A stretch of 64,000 bases of DNA from contig JAWBNW010000001.1 of the NCBI GenBank assembly GCA_039000685.1, positions 14,655 through 78,654 on the forward strand, in the 5' to 3' direction. Positions 27,062-37,718 of the stretch are shown here, piece by piece. The stretch is from Candidatus Aenigmatarchaeota archaeon. Its GTDB lineage: Archaea; Aenigmatarchaeota; Aenigmatarchaeia; CG10238-14; SCSR01. Numbering within the stretch: position 1 is the first letter of the stretch; each line of letters begins with the position of its first letter. Made by a program: the position numbers and the translations under genes. Below the pieces are notes generated by a model. It had not been told where the DNA came from, made no database searches, and was given only the letters and a program-made list of their open reading frames with translations.

Positions 27062-28361
27062 TTTCTATGATCTCTTCGATTCCAAGTTCTTTCTCAACCT
27101 TTTTCTTCATATCTTTAACCTTAAACTTTTTTTCTTCAATCTCTTTCTTTCCCACTATCACTACAAAAGGTATTCCCAAAGAATCAGCATACTCAAGTTG
27201 TTTAGTTAAATTTCTTTTCATCAAATCTACTTGAGTTGGAATTCCTGCTTTTCTCAACTTATTTGCAACTTCTATAGCTTCTCTTTTTACGCTTTCTTCA
27301 ACATTGGCAACAAAAACCTTGACTTTTGTTTTCTGGAGCTTAATTTTTTTCTCATTTTTCAAAATTTCGATTATCCTCTCTATTCCAAGGGAAATTCCTG
27401 TGGCCGGAGTTGGTTTTCCACCGTAAAGCTCTATAAGTTTATCATATCTCCCACCCCCAGCCAAAGAGCCAACTTTTCCCCCTCTAACTTCAATTTCAAA
27501 TATTGGGCCGGTGTAATAGTCTAAGCCCCTTGCCAGGCTGAAATCAAGAACGAGCGAATCAGCTATCCTATAAAATTTTGAGAATTCATAAATTTGTTTC
27601 AATTCCTCAATTCCTTCTTTTCCTTTTAAGCTACTCTTTACCAATTCTTCTCCTCTTTTCAAGACTTCTTCATATCTTCCTTCAATTGATATAATCTCAA
27701 GCAGCTCTTCTATTTGTTTTTTAGGGAGCCCAATTTTCCCCAATTCTTCTTTCACACCATCAACACCAATTTTGCCCAGCTTGTCTATAGCCCTGAAAAC
27801 TTCCAAGCTACCAAACTCAATCTTGAGTTCTTCAGGAATTTTTTCTTTCAAGATTTCAACAAAAGCTTCTAAAACTTTTCTGTTATTTATCCTTATTTTC
27901 AAATCTTTGAAACCCAAAGCTTTCAAGCAATCTACTGCACATGCTAAACATTCGACATCAGCTTCCATGCTTTTTGAGCCGCATATATCAACATCGGCTT
28001 GGTAAAATTGCCTGAGCCTTCCAGCTTGTGGCTCTTCATATCGCCAAACTGGTGCAATGGCATATCTCTTGAATGGTTTTGGTAGCTGGGGATTGCTTGC
28101 AAGAAATCTTGCCAAAGGAACAGTCAAATCAAACCTTAAACCAAGCTTTCTCTCTTTCTCACTTTCAATTCTGAAAATTTGTTTTGCAACATCTTCTCCA
28201 CTTTTTGCCGTCAAAAGCTCCAAATCTTCAAGAGCAGGAGTTTCTATAGTTTCAAATCCGTAAGCTTCAAAAATTTTCTTGATGGTTTGAATCACATATT
28301 CACGAATAACCATTTCTTCAGTTCCAAAATCTCTCATACCTTTTGGTGGTTGAAATTTCAC
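27051..28361 (-). CDS. hisS: Histidyl-tRNA synthetase
   Basis: MKFQPPKGMRDF start. Class II motifs. C-terminal anticodon-binding domain. Confidence 0.85.
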   Translation of the reverse strand: MKFQPPKGMRDFGTEEMVIREYVIQTIKKIFEAYGFETIETPALEDLELLTAKSGEDVAKQIFRIESEKERKLGLRFDLTVPLARFLASNPQLPKPFKRYAIAPVWRYEEPQAGRLRQFYQADVDICGSKSMEADVECLACAVDCLKALGFKDLKIRINNRKVLEAFVEILKEKIPEELKIEFGSLEVFRAIDKLGKIGVDGVKEELGKIGLPKKQIEELLEIISIEGRYEEVLKRGEELVKSSLKGKEGIEELKQIYEFSKFYRIADSLVLDFSLARGLDYYTGPIFEIEVRGGKVGSLAGGGRYDKLIELYGGKPTPATGISLGIERIIEILKNEKKIKLQKTKVKVFVANVEESVKREAIEVANKLRKAGIPTQVDLMKRNLTKQLEYADSLGIPFVVIVGKKEIEEKKFKVKDMKKKVEKELGIEEIIEIIA

Positions 28362-28482
28362 TATTTCGCCCTAATAAATTAATTCTTGTAAAAGATATAA
28401 AATATCAATTCAATCATTTTTTGTATACCATATCCAGCAAATTATCCAACGAAACAATAAAAATTTCTTTTGAAAGGGTTAT

Positions 28483-29922
28483 ATGTTTTTTATGCCAACT
28501 GTTTTGGTTGTCGACAGAGGAGGAAGAGGAAACGCGATTGCTTACTGCTTTGCCAAAAGTCCGAAAGTCTCGAAAGTTTTCGTGGCCCCAGGAAATGCAG
28601 GCAGTTCTTTGCTTGAAAAATGTCAACAAGTCCCAATTGAATCGATAGAAGAGATGATAGATTTTGTTGAAAAAAATAAAATTGATTTGACTTTTGTTGG
28701 ACCAGAAGGCTATTTATCAAAGGGGATAGTGAACAAATTTTTGGAGAGGGATTTGAGAATAGTTGGTCCAACTAAGGAAGCCACAATCTTGGAATCGAGC
28801 AAGTGTGACACGAAAATTTTTCTAAGTCAGATAGGGGTTCCAGTTCCAGAGTTCAAAATTTTTGGCGATCCTGAAGAAGCTAAAGCTTACGTGAGAGATT
28901 TTTACAAAAATAGGCCAGGAGAGAATGTTGTGGTTAAAGCAGACGGTCTTGCTGAAGGAAAAGGTTCTTTTGTCTGCAATTCTCTTGAGAATGCCGAATA
29001 TGCGATAGACTACATCATGGTTCAAAGAGCTTTTGGTGATTCTGGGAGAAGGGTTGTTATAGAAAAAAGGCTTTATGGTCAAGAGCTCATGTTCTTTGTT
29101 CTCACCGATGGCAAAACAGTTTTGCCGATTGAATCAGCTATGGACTACAAGGCAGCTTTCGATGATGATAACGATGCTAGAACAAAATATTTCGGTGGTT
29201 TGAACCCTAGAACAGGGGGGATGGGCGGCTACTCCCCACATCCTTGGCTTGATGAAGAACTAAAACAGAAGATCATGGAAAGGATAGCAATCCCGACAAT
29301 AAGAAAATTCAAAGAATTGAAAGGAATAGAGTACAAGGGGATAATGTATTTTGGTCTGATGATCTGTGAAGAAAATGGGGAGAAAAATCCTTATGTTCTA
29401 GAAATCAATGTTAGGATGGGAGATCCGGAAGCTCAAGTCATTTTGCCAAGACTGAAAACAGATTTTTATGATTTGTCAGAAGCGATAATAGAAGGTAAAC
29501 TTAATGAAATTACCTTAAGTTGGGATCCAGATTACTATTTGGGAATATGCGCAGTTAGTGGAAAAATACTCAGACCACTTTTTGAGTCTGGTAGAGGGGA
29601 AGAATATGATGAAAGAAAGAACATAGGTTATCCCGGTCCCCATATAACAAATCAACCAATTTTTGGTCTGAGAAAAGTAGACCCAAGCTGTTTAATTTTC
29701 CACAATGGGACAGCATTTAAACCAAGAGATCCAAAAGACCCAAGCAGCATAGACCCAAGCAAAAAAGATGAAGATGGCAATATAGTGACGACAGGAGGAA
29801 GGGTCTTGACATTAGTTGCAAAAGGAAAAACTTTGGAAGAGGCAAGAGAAAAAGCTTACTCTGAAATCGAAAAAATATTTTTCTCAGGAATGAGGTACAG
29901 AAGGGATATAGGTAAAACTTAA
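28483..29922 (+). CDS. purD: Phosphoribosylamine--glycine ligase
   Basis: VLVVDRGGRGNAIAYCFAKSPKVSKVFVAPGNAG; ATP-grasp core. Confidence 0.85.
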   Translation: MFFMPTVLVVDRGGRGNAIAYCFAKSPKVSKVFVAPGNAGSSLLEKCQQVPIESIEEMIDFVEKNKIDLTFVGPEGYLSKGIVNKFLERDLRIVGPTKEATILESSKCDTKIFLSQIGVPVPEFKIFGDPEEAKAYVRDFYKNRPGENVVVKADGLAEGKGSFVCNSLENAEYAIDYIMVQRAFGDSGRRVVIEKRLYGQELMFFVLTDGKTVLPIESAMDYKAAFDDDNDARTKYFGGLNPRTGGMGGYSPHPWLDEELKQKIMERIAIPTIRKFKELKGIEYKGIMYFGLMICEENGEKNPYVLEINVRMGDPEAQVILPRLKTDFYDLSEAIIEGKLNEITLSWDPDYYLGICAVSGKILRPLFESGRGEEYDERKNIGYPGPHITNQPIFGLRKVDPSCLIFHNGTAFKPRDPKDPSSIDPSKKDEDGNIVTTGGRVLTLVAKGKTLEEAREKAYSEIEKIFFSGMRYRRDIGKT

Positions 29923-31352
29923 GATTCTATCTCATAATATCTTTTCACGGTCGATTGTGTCTTTAATTTATCTGCTAGAGATTGTGCGATTGGTGTGGTA
30001 TATCTTCCAGTCAAGCAGGCCGTACAAAGCTCTTCTTCTTTGAAACCGATAGCATCCACAAGACCTTCAATTGTTTGATAGCAAAGCTTATCCACGTTGA
30101 TTTTTTTGGCAATTTCTTCCACAGTGTGATTTGCTGCGATGAGTTCTGTGTGAGTCGCCATGTCAATCCCATAGAAACATGGAGAAATGATGGGAGGGCA
30201 AGTTATCCAGAGCTCAACTTTTTTAGCCCCAGCTTTTCTCACTATGTCTACAATTTTTCTGGAAGTAGTTCCCCTCACAATGCTATCATCAACCAAGAGC
30301 ACTTTCTTATCTTTTATCACTGATTTTATCGGGTTTAGTTTGAATTTCATAGCACCGTCTCTTGCTTTTTGTGCTGGCATGATGAATGTTCTCCAGATGT
30401 ATCTATTCTTGATTAAACCTTCTGCAACCGCCAGACCAGTTTCTTTACCAACGCCTTCAGCTGCTGGTCTTGAAGTATCTGGAACTGGTATAACAACATC
30501 AGCATCTGTTTGATAGGTTTTTGCCAAATTTTCCCCCAATTTTATTCTAACATCATAAACAGATTTCCCCTCAAGAACACTATCAGGGCGAGAAAAATAA
30601 ACATACTCAAACATGCAGTGAGCTCTTTTTTTACACGGAAAAATTTGTTTTCTTTCAGCACTATCTTCTTTCACGATTATCATTTCACCAGGCTTTACAT
30701 CTGAAAAATTTTCAATGTTATTTATGTCAAGGGCAACACTCTCAGAAGCAAATGCTTTTGAATTTTCATCTTCACCAAAAACAAGAGGTTTGAAGCCAAA
30801 CGGATCCCTGAAAGCCACGAGCTCACAATCTCCGCTCAAGAACACTGCCGAATAAGAGCCTTCTATTTTATTCATACAATTCAAAATAGCGTTTTCTAGA
30901 TCATTTTTTCTTATCAGTTCTTCTGCCAAAAGATGAGTTAAAACTTCAGCATCACTTCCTGATTGAATCAATCTCCCATTCTGCACAAGCTCCCTTCTCA
31001 AATCAATTATGTTTACGATGTTTCCGTTGAAGCAAAAGGAAATTCCACGCTTAGGGTAGTTTATCACGAAGGGCTGGGCATTTTCCAGTGTGGATGTGGA
31101 CATGGTTGAATATCTAACATGTCCTATTCCTATTTTTCCTTTCAACTCAGCAACTATTCTTTCCTTGAAAGAATCTGTGACAAGCCCCATGGCCCTTTTC
31201 AAGTGAATTTTTGAATCTTCTAGTGTTGATATTCCTGCTGATTCTTGTCCTCTGTGTTGCAAAGCCACAAGACCATAATAAATCCTCCTTGCCACATCTT
31301 CAGAAGAATTGCAACCAAACACGCCACAAGCTTCTTTCAAAGGGCAACACAT
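29919..31352 (-). CDS. purF: Amidophosphoribosyltransferase
   Basis: N-terminal propeptide then CGVFG (Ntn nucleophile Cys). PRTase motif VLLVDDSIVRGTT. Confidence 0.85.
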   Translation of the reverse strand: MCCPLKEACGVFGCNSSEDVARRIYYGLVALQHRGQESAGISTLEDSKIHLKRAMGLVTDSFKERIVAELKGKIGIGHVRYSTMSTSTLENAQPFVINYPKRGISFCFNGNIVNIIDLRRELVQNGRLIQSGSDAEVLTHLLAEELIRKNDLENAILNCMNKIEGSYSAVFLSGDCELVAFRDPFGFKPLVFGEDENSKAFASESVALDINNIENFSDVKPGEMIIVKEDSAERKQIFPCKKRAHCMFEYVYFSRPDSVLEGKSVYDVRIKLGENLAKTYQTDADVVIPVPDTSRPAAEGVGKETGLAVAEGLIKNRYIWRTFIMPAQKARDGAMKFKLNPIKSVIKDKKVLLVDDSIVRGTTSRKIVDIVRKAGAKKVELWITCPPIISPCFYGIDMATHTELIAANHTVEEIAKKINVDKLCYQTIEGLVDAIGFKEEELCTACLTGRYTTPIAQSLADKLKTQSTVKRYYEIES

Positions 31353-31413
31353 ATTTCAAAATAGGTTTTGTTATTTAAAACCATTTAATTTTTCAAAAAA
31401 CTAATTTTATTAA

Positions 31414-31803
31414 ATGGGAGGAATATTGCACCATCTTGTTTTCGGCTCGGTTTCAGCTTTAATAGTCTACCGAAATTTCAAGAGATGGCAATATTCTGCT
31501 GCAATTTTCATAGGGAATTTCCTTCACGACATTTTCATCGTACCTTTTATATCAATTCTCCTTAAAACATTTGATCCAATGAAAATAATCTCATCTTCTT
31601 ACTGGTTCCACAGAGACACTTCTTTTCTCATCTTATGGATGTCATTCCAAACAATTTTTGTAGTCTTCTTCCTTTTCTTTCAAAAATACCTTAGGAAAAA
31701 AGAGTTCAAGGATTTAGAGTACAACATCGGCTTTCTTCTCATGGGGATTTTAACACACGCCTTCATAGACATTATAGTTCAAGAGCAAGGAATATTGTAC
31801 TGA
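31414..31803 (+). CDS. Small polytopic membrane protein, possibly a membrane-bound metal-dependent hydrolase (DUF457-like)
   Basis: Four TM helices with conserved His residues (LHHLV, LHD, THAFID). Confidence 0.3.
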   Translation: MGGILHHLVFGSVSALIVYRNFKRWQYSAAIFIGNFLHDIFIVPFISILLKTFDPMKIISSSYWFHRDTSFLILWMSFQTIFVVFFLFFQKYLRKKEFKDLEYNIGFLLMGILTHAFIDIIVQEQGILY

Positions 31804-31913
31804 AGAAAACTTTAAGTAGTTGTTTCGTGAAATTAAATTAAGGAGTAAAATGAAGGGCGATAATCGGATCTGATTCTAAAGTTTTATTTAGCCCAAACTC
31901 CAAAAAAGAATTT

Positions 31914-34900
31914 ATGGTCAAACAAGCTACACCAAAAGAACAGGAAGAAAGGATAATGCAATTCTGGAAGAAAAATAAAGTCTACGAGAAGGTTAAAGCT
32001 CAAAGGAAAAAGGCAAGGAAATTTTATTTCTTAGATGGCCCACCTTATGCTACCGGCAGCATTCATGTAGGCACTGCAATGAACAAGGTGATAAAAGATT
32101 GTTACTTGAGATTTTTCAGAATGTTTGGCTTCAATGTTTGGGACCAACCAGGCTATGATACACATGGCGTGCCGATAGAAAACAAAATAGAAAAGGAGCT
32201 CGGCTTCAAGAGCAAGAAAGATATAGAGAATTTTGGTGTTGCTAAGTTCATTCAAAAATGTAGGGAATTTGCCACAAAATATATAGGTGTGATGGGAAAA
32301 CAGTTCGAAAACCTTGGGGTTTGGATGAATTGGAATAATCCTTACTTAACTTTGGCAAACGACTACATAGAAGGAGCTTGGTTTACCTTCAAGAAAGCTT
32401 TTGAGAAAGGTTTTTTATACAAGGGAAATTATCCGGTTCATGTTTGTCCAAGATGTGTGACAAAAGATTCTTTAGTTTTTACTAATTATAGTTGGAAAAG
32501 TATGGATAAATTAAAAAATTGTTGGAAAAATGAAAAAGTTATGGCATTAAATCTTAAAAATTTTGATTTGTTACCATCACACATAAATGGATATCTAGAA
32601 ACAAAAGATATGGTTTTGAAGGTCGAAACCCAAAGTGGATTAAGTATCGAAGCAACTTTAGATCACCCGTTTTTAACTAAAGAAGGTTGGAAAGAGCTTA
32701 GAGATTTGAAGGTAGGTGAGAAGGTTGGAGTAATTCATCTCCCAGTTTTTATTGAAGAGTGTAATTCAAATAAAATAATTCTAACAAAAAAAGAAATTAT
32801 AAATACAATCAAAAATTTGAATAGGAGATATGGAAATTCTAAAAGAATAGACAAAGTTATAAATAGAGTTTTACAGGAGCTTGATGGTAAAAACCTTTTA
32901 CCTTTATTTGAGAAAGATGAAAAAAATGAAATTCTTTTCCGAATTTTGGGTTACTTGTTTGGGGACGGTTCGGTGATTATAAGAAAGAAGAAAGGTAGAG
33001 ATTTCCCAGAGATTGTAGTATTCTTTTCAGCCAAATCCAAAGAAGATCTTAAAAAGATTAAAAAAGACTTGAAAAAGTTAGGGTTCAAGTCGAGTAATAT
33101 AAAAAGTAGAGAAAGAAAGTCCTTGATAAATAACAAAGAAGTGAAAGGACAAGATAACGAAATGTACTGCTATTCTTCTTCGTTTGGAATTTTACTTATA
33201 GCTTTAGGCATGCCATGCGGGAAAAAATATGAAATTGGTTTTGATATCCCTAGAATATTAAAGAAAGTAAAATCTAAAATTATTAAGGTAGAATTCTTAC
33301 GTGGCTATTTCGGCGCTGAGTTAAGTAAACCAAGTTTAAGAGAAACAGGAAAATACTTCAAGGAATTAATTTTCAGAGTAGAAAAAAATAGAAATTTAGA
33401 GATTTCTGCCACAAAATTTGTAAAATCTATTTATGGATTGCTCAGAGAATTTGACATAAAAACGAGACCTATAACAAAGAAATATAAAAATGTTAATGGA
33501 AAAGAAAAAGTTGTAGTTACAGGAAGAATAAGTTGCAGAATCTCAAATATTGTAAAATTCTTGGAAACTATAGGGTACGTTTATTGTAAAGAAAGGGAAG
33601 TGCTATCGTCTCACGTGCTTTCTTATTTAAAGACAAAAATCAGAAAAAAGTTGAGTAGAGAAGGCTTACCGAAATTTAACACTTATGTAAAAAATAATAG
33701 AATTAAAAATGGTTTAATTTGGGAAAAGATAGAAAAAATAGAACACACTGGTATAAAAGAAGTAGCAGATGTAAATGTCGGAAGGAACCATAACTTTATC
33801 GTGAACGGGTTTGTTACACACAATTGTGAAACGGTGGTGGCTTATAATGAGATAGAATACGTGAAAATTAAAGATCCTGGCATATATGTTAAGTTTAGGA
33901 CAAAAAAAAGTCCTAACACTTTTTTGGTCTGTTTTACAACCACTCCATGGACTTTGCCTGCGAATACCGGTATAATGGCAAAGCCAGATGCAGAATATGC
34001 TTTTGTTCAAGTTGACAATGAAGTTCTAATCTTGGCCAAGCAACTCCTAGAAGAAGTGATGAAAAAAGTTGGGATAAAAGATTACAAGATCTTGGAGACA
34101 AAGTTGGGAAGGGAACTCGAGAATTTAAAGTATGAACATCCTTTTGCCGATGAGTTTAAATTCCAACAAGTTTTAACAAATGCTCACCGTGTAGTCCTTT
34201 CAGACCAATTTGTAAGCTTGGAAGAAGGTACAGGCTTGGTTCACACGGCTCCAGGCCATGGAGAAGAAGATTATAAAGTCGGTTTGGAGACAGGATTACC
34301 AGCTATTTCTCCTGTAAAAATTGATGGAACTTTTGATGAAAGTTGCGGAAAATATGCAGGCATGTTTGTTAAAGATGCCGATAAGCTAATATTGCAAGAG
34401 CTGAGGGCAAAAGGTTTGCTACTTCATGAAGAAACTATTGAGCATGATTATCCAATTTGTTGGCGTTGCAACACTCCTTTACTCCAAATTTCAGTACCTC
34501 AATGGTTTTTCAGAGTTACTGCAATTAGAAACAAACTGATAGAAGAAAATAAAAAGATAAAATGGAATCCAAGCTGGGCAAGTCAAAGATTTCAAAACTG
34601 GCTTGAAAGCTTGGGAGACTGGCCAATTTCTAGACAAAGATATTGGGGAATTCCTTTGCCTATATGGGTTTGTGAAAAATGTGAAAACATTAAAGTCATC
34701 GGATCAAGAGAAGAATTACCAAGAATACCGAAAGACTTCCACAGGCCTTACATAGATGAAATAATTCTTGAATGCAAATGTGGTGGCAAGATGAAAAGAA
34801 TTCCAGATGTGCTTGATGTTTGGTTTGACTCAGGAGTTGCTTCTTGGGCTTCTTTAGGTTTCCCAAGGGAGAAAAAACTTTTCAAGAAGCTTTGGCCCGC

Positions 34901-36164
34901 TGATTTCATCCTTGAAGGCTCTGATCAGTTTCGTGGCTGGTGGAATTCTTTGATGATAACAAGCATGATGACTTTTGATAAAGCTCCTTTCAAAAGTGTC
35001 TTGATGCACGGTTTGGTTTTGGATGCCCATGGTCAGAAGATGTCAAAAAGTTTGCAGAATATTGTAAGCACGGAAGAAGTGATAGAAAAATACGGGAGAG
35101 ATTTGCTTAGATTTTATTACCTTTCGAACGAGCCTTGGAATGACTCTTACTTCAGTTGGCAAACTATGGAAGAAATAGCAAAATCTTTTGTTGTAGTAAG
35201 AAATACTTTCAATTTCGTCAAAACTTATGTTTATTCTCCAGGGAAACCAAAGGGCTTAAAGCAGGAAGACAAATGGATTCTATCTAGGTTAAATTCTTTA
35301 GTAGAAAGTTGCACAAAGCATTTTCAAGATCACAATGCCCACAAAGCTGCAAATGAAATTTTGGACTTCGTCTTGAACGATTTCTCAAGATGGTACATCA
35401 AGCTGATAAGGGATAGAACATGGCCTTTGTATGACGGCAAGGATAAACAAGCAGCTTTCTTTACTTGTTTAACTGTAACTGAAACTATAGCAAAACTTTT
35501 GGCTCCAGTTTGTCCTTTCTTGGCAGAGCAAGTTTATCAAGAAATTGTTAAGCATTTGAAAAAAGGCAAAATCTCGGTTCACATGGAAGATTGGCCAAAG
35601 ACTGATAAGAAAATGATAAACAAAAATTTAGAGGAAGAGATGAAAGTTGCCAAGCAGATTGTGGAAGCTTGCAGTGCAGCAAGACAAAAAGCAAATTTGA
35701 AGCTAAGATGGCCAATCGATTCAGTTCTTATTACCACAAAAGACAAGAGAGTTTTAGCTTCTTTGAAAGATTTGAAAGAAGTTTTGCTCAAAATGTGTAA
35801 TGCAAAATCAATAAAGCTAGCAAAAGAAGAACCAAAAGGTGAATTTTCTGTAGCAGAATTTAGCTTAGGAAAAATTTTCATTCCATCTAAGCTTGATGAA
35901 AAGCTTTTGGACGAAGCTCTCTTGAGAGAAATTGTCAGGAAGATTCAGGAAATGAGAAAGAAATTTGGTTTTGTTGTTGCGGAAAGAATTGTTTTGAGCT
36001 TAAGCTCTGATGAAAAAACTAACAAGCTTTTGGAGAAGAACAAAAAAATGATAGAAAAAGAAGTTGGGGCTAAATCTGTGGTAGTAGGAAAAACAAAAGG
36101 AAGATTTTCAGAAACTCTCGAGTTTGAAGACAAAAAAATAAACATAGCTTTCAGCAAAGCTTAA
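31914..36164 (+). CDS. ileS: Isoleucyl-tRNA synthetase interrupted by a 457-aa intein
   Basis: HIGH-type motif PYATGSIHVGTAMN. KMSKS. Editing domain. The WCxRC|ET extein junction is split: ...VHVCPR / intein / CETVVAY. Extein is about 959 aa. Confidence 0.9.
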   Translation: MVKQATPKEQEERIMQFWKKNKVYEKVKAQRKKARKFYFLDGPPYATGSIHVGTAMNKVIKDCYLRFFRMFGFNVWDQPGYDTHGVPIENKIEKELGFKSKKDIENFGVAKFIQKCREFATKYIGVMGKQFENLGVWMNWNNPYLTLANDYIEGAWFTFKKAFEKGFLYKGNYPVHVCPRCVTKDSLVFTNYSWKSMDKLKNCWKNEKVMALNLKNFDLLPSHINGYLETKDMVLKVETQSGLSIEATLDHPFLTKEGWKELRDLKVGEKVGVIHLPVFIEECNSNKIILTKKEIINTIKNLNRRYGNSKRIDKVINRVLQELDGKNLLPLFEKDEKNEILFRILGYLFGDGSVIIRKKKGRDFPEIVVFFSAKSKEDLKKIKKDLKKLGFKSSNIKSRERKSLINNKEVKGQDNEMYCYSSSFGILLIALGMPCGKKYEIGFDIPRILKKVKSKIIKVEFLRGYFGAELSKPSLRETGKYFKELIFRVEKNRNLEISATKFVKSIYGLLREFDIKTRPITKKYKNVNGKEKVVVTGRISCRISNIVKFLETIGYVYCKEREVLSSHVLSYLKTKIRKKLSREGLPKFNTYVKNNRIKNGLIWEKIEKIEHTGIKEVADVNVGRNHNFIVNGFVTHNCETVVAYNEIEYVKIKDPGIYVKFRTKKSPNTFLVCFTTTPWTLPANTGIMAKPDAEYAFVQVDNEVLILAKQLLEEVMKKVGIKDYKILETKLGRELENLKYEHPFADEFKFQQVLTNAHRVVLSDQFVSLEEGTGLVHTAPGHGEEDYKVGLETGLPAISPVKIDGTFDESCGKYAGMFVKDADKLILQELRAKGLLLHEETIEHDYPICWRCNTPLLQISVPQWFFRVTAIRNKLIEENKKIKWNPSWASQRFQNWLESLGDWPISRQRYWGIPLPIWVCEKCENIKVIGSREELPRIPKDFHRPYIDEIILECKCGGKMKRIPDVLDVWFDSGVASWASLGFPREKKLFKKLWPADFILEGSDQFRGWWNSLMITSMMTFDKAPFKSVLMHGLVLDAHGQKMSKSLQNIVSTEEVIEKYGRDLLRFYYLSNEPWNDSYFSWQTMEEIAKSFVVVRNTFNFVKTYVYSPGKPKGLKQEDKWILSRLNSLVESCTKHFQDHNAHKAANEILDFVLNDFSRWYIKLIRDRTWPLYDGKDKQAAFFTCLTVTETIAKLLAPVCPFLAEQVYQEIVKHLKKGKISVHMEDWPKTDKKMINKNLEEEMKVAKQIVEACSAARQKANLKLRWPIDSVLITTKDKRVLASLKDLKEVLLKMCNAKSIKLAKEEPKGEFSVAEFSLGKIFIPSKLDEKLLDEALLREIVRKIQEMRKKFGFVVAERIVLSLSSDEKTNKLLEKNKKMIEKEVGAKSVVVGKTKGRFSETLEFEDKKINIAFSKA
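32454..33824 (+). other. Intein with LAGLIDADG homing endonuclease domain inside ileS
   Basis: Starts CVTKDSLVFT (block A) and ends FVTHN followed by +1 Cys. Two LAGLIDADG motifs LGYLFGDGSV and LRGYFGAELS. Removal restores the conserved CPRCET motif. Confidence 0.8.
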
Positions 36165-36225
36165 TTGGCTTTAACAACCCAAGTAGTTCTAAAATTATAT
36201 AAACCAAATTTTTCAAATTATCAAT

Positions 36226-36447
36226 ATGAATTTTGATAAGATTCTTGGGTACGTTGGCTTAATAATTGTTATTTTAGTTATAGTCTATTTGACTTTAAAA
36301 GTTTTGGGAATAGTTCAAAGTGTAAGTGTAGAAGAAATTTTGCTTGGTTTTGCAGGAGGTCAAGCTTTGTTAGACATTCATCTTATAAAAGCTATAAGTA
36401 GAATAGAAGGGAAAATAGGTCTTTTTGAAAGAAAAATAAAACTCTAG
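36226..36447 (+). CDS. Small membrane protein
   Basis: Single TM, 73 aa. Confidence 0.25.
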   Translation: MNFDKILGYVGLIIVILVIVYLTLKVLGIVQSVSVEEILLGFAGGQALLDIHLIKAISRIEGKIGLFERKIKL

Positions 36448-36490
36448 CTATTTATCTTTGTTTTCCTAAATTAATTTAAGGTAATGACAA

Positions 36491-37249
36491 ATGGGTTTAG
36501 GGTTAAAATCATTTGAAGATACTTTTAACTTCGTGAAAAAGAACCCGAAAGTATTTTTACTTGCCCTTATTCCAAATCTAGTTGTTCCATTGATAGGCCT
36601 AGCCGGAAGACCAAGTTTAACTTTGGAGTGGCTAATTGCTGTTGTTATTTATTTTGTTGTTATAATTATTCTTTCAATTCTTGTGGCTGGGAGTTATCCT
36701 TTTGTAGTTTATCAGAGTTTAAAGGGCAAGGAAATTGGCCTTAAAGAGGCCCTTGATTCTTCTTTAAGAAGATTTGGAGATATTATACTTACTTTTATTT
36801 TGTTTGGTGTGATAGCTCTTGCTACAATATCCATTCCATTACTACTTTTAATTCCAGCCATATTGTTTGAGTCTCTTACCCTCATCATTATTTCTGCAAC
36901 CCTTTTGATACCGTTTGGCATATTATTGACATATGTTTTACTAAGATTGCCTCTGGCCATACCAATTTTGACTATTGAAAGCAAAAGGCCAGTGGAGAGT
37001 TTAAAAGAAAGTTGGAGGAGAACTAAAGGTTATCTTTGGTCAATTGCCGGGGCAACATTTCTCCTCACTTTAGTTATAACTGTAATCTTAATCCCCGTAA
37101 ATATCTTAAGTGAAGTTTGCAAGTATCTTAATCTCTCATATGTTTCTACAATAATAGATGTCATATCTTCAACTATAAGTGCAACTTTTTCTGGTTTGCT
37201 TATGCCAATTTTTTACTTCAACCTCAAAAGAGAAACTTCTCTTAAATGA
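36491..37249 (+). CDS. Polytopic membrane protein (6-7 TM), function unknown
   Basis: Hydrophobicity only. Confidence 0.35.
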   Translation: MGLGLKSFEDTFNFVKKNPKVFLLALIPNLVVPLIGLAGRPSLTLEWLIAVVIYFVVIIILSILVAGSYPFVVYQSLKGKEIGLKEALDSSLRRFGDIILTFILFGVIALATISIPLLLLIPAILFESLTLIIISATLLIPFGILLTYVLLRLPLAIPILTIESKRPVESLKESWRRTKGYLWSIAGATFLLTLVITVILIPVNILSEVCKYLNLSYVSTIIDVISSTISATFSGLLMPIFYFNLKRETSLK

Positions 37250-37309
37250 AATTTAACTTACTCTTGTAGTTCTAAATCTATATGAATTGTTTTTTATCCA
37301 AACTCAAAC

Positions 37310-37717
37310 ATGGAAATCAAGAAAAAAATTTTGCTGATAGTCTGTATTTTAATCTCACTCACAGGCTTGGTTTTCATATATTTCTCAGCTTTAGCAATTT
37401 CACCTTCTGAAACAAAAATAAGCAAGATAGATTCAAGTCTGATCGGCAAGCTAGTTTCTACCACAGGCAAAATTTCTTATGTGCGAGCCCATTCAGCAGG
37501 TCACATTTTTCTAACCTTGTCAGATGGAGATTCAAAAATTGATGTTCCTATTTTCTCAAGTTTGATAAGCAAACTGAATAGCAATGGAATAACTCAATAT
37601 GACTTGAGAAAAGGTAAGACTGTGAGAATAACGGGAATTGTTGGTGAATACAAGGGCCAGCTTCAAATCGTTCCTAGGAAGCCTGCAGATATTCAAATTT
37701 TAGATAGCTTGAAGTGA
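37310..37717 (+). CDS. Membrane-anchored protein with a possible OB-fold
   Basis: N-terminal TM followed by a beta-rich roughly 100 aa domain (GKISYVRAHSAGHIFLTLSDGDSKIDV...VRITGIVGEYKGQLQIVP). Confidence 0.3.
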   Translation: MEIKKKILLIVCILISLTGLVFIYFSALAISPSETKISKIDSSLIGKLVSTTGKISYVRAHSAGHIFLTLSDGDSKIDVPIFSSLISKLNSNGITQYDLRKGKTVRITGIVGEYKGQLQIVPRKPADIQILDSLK

Positions 37718-37718
37718 T

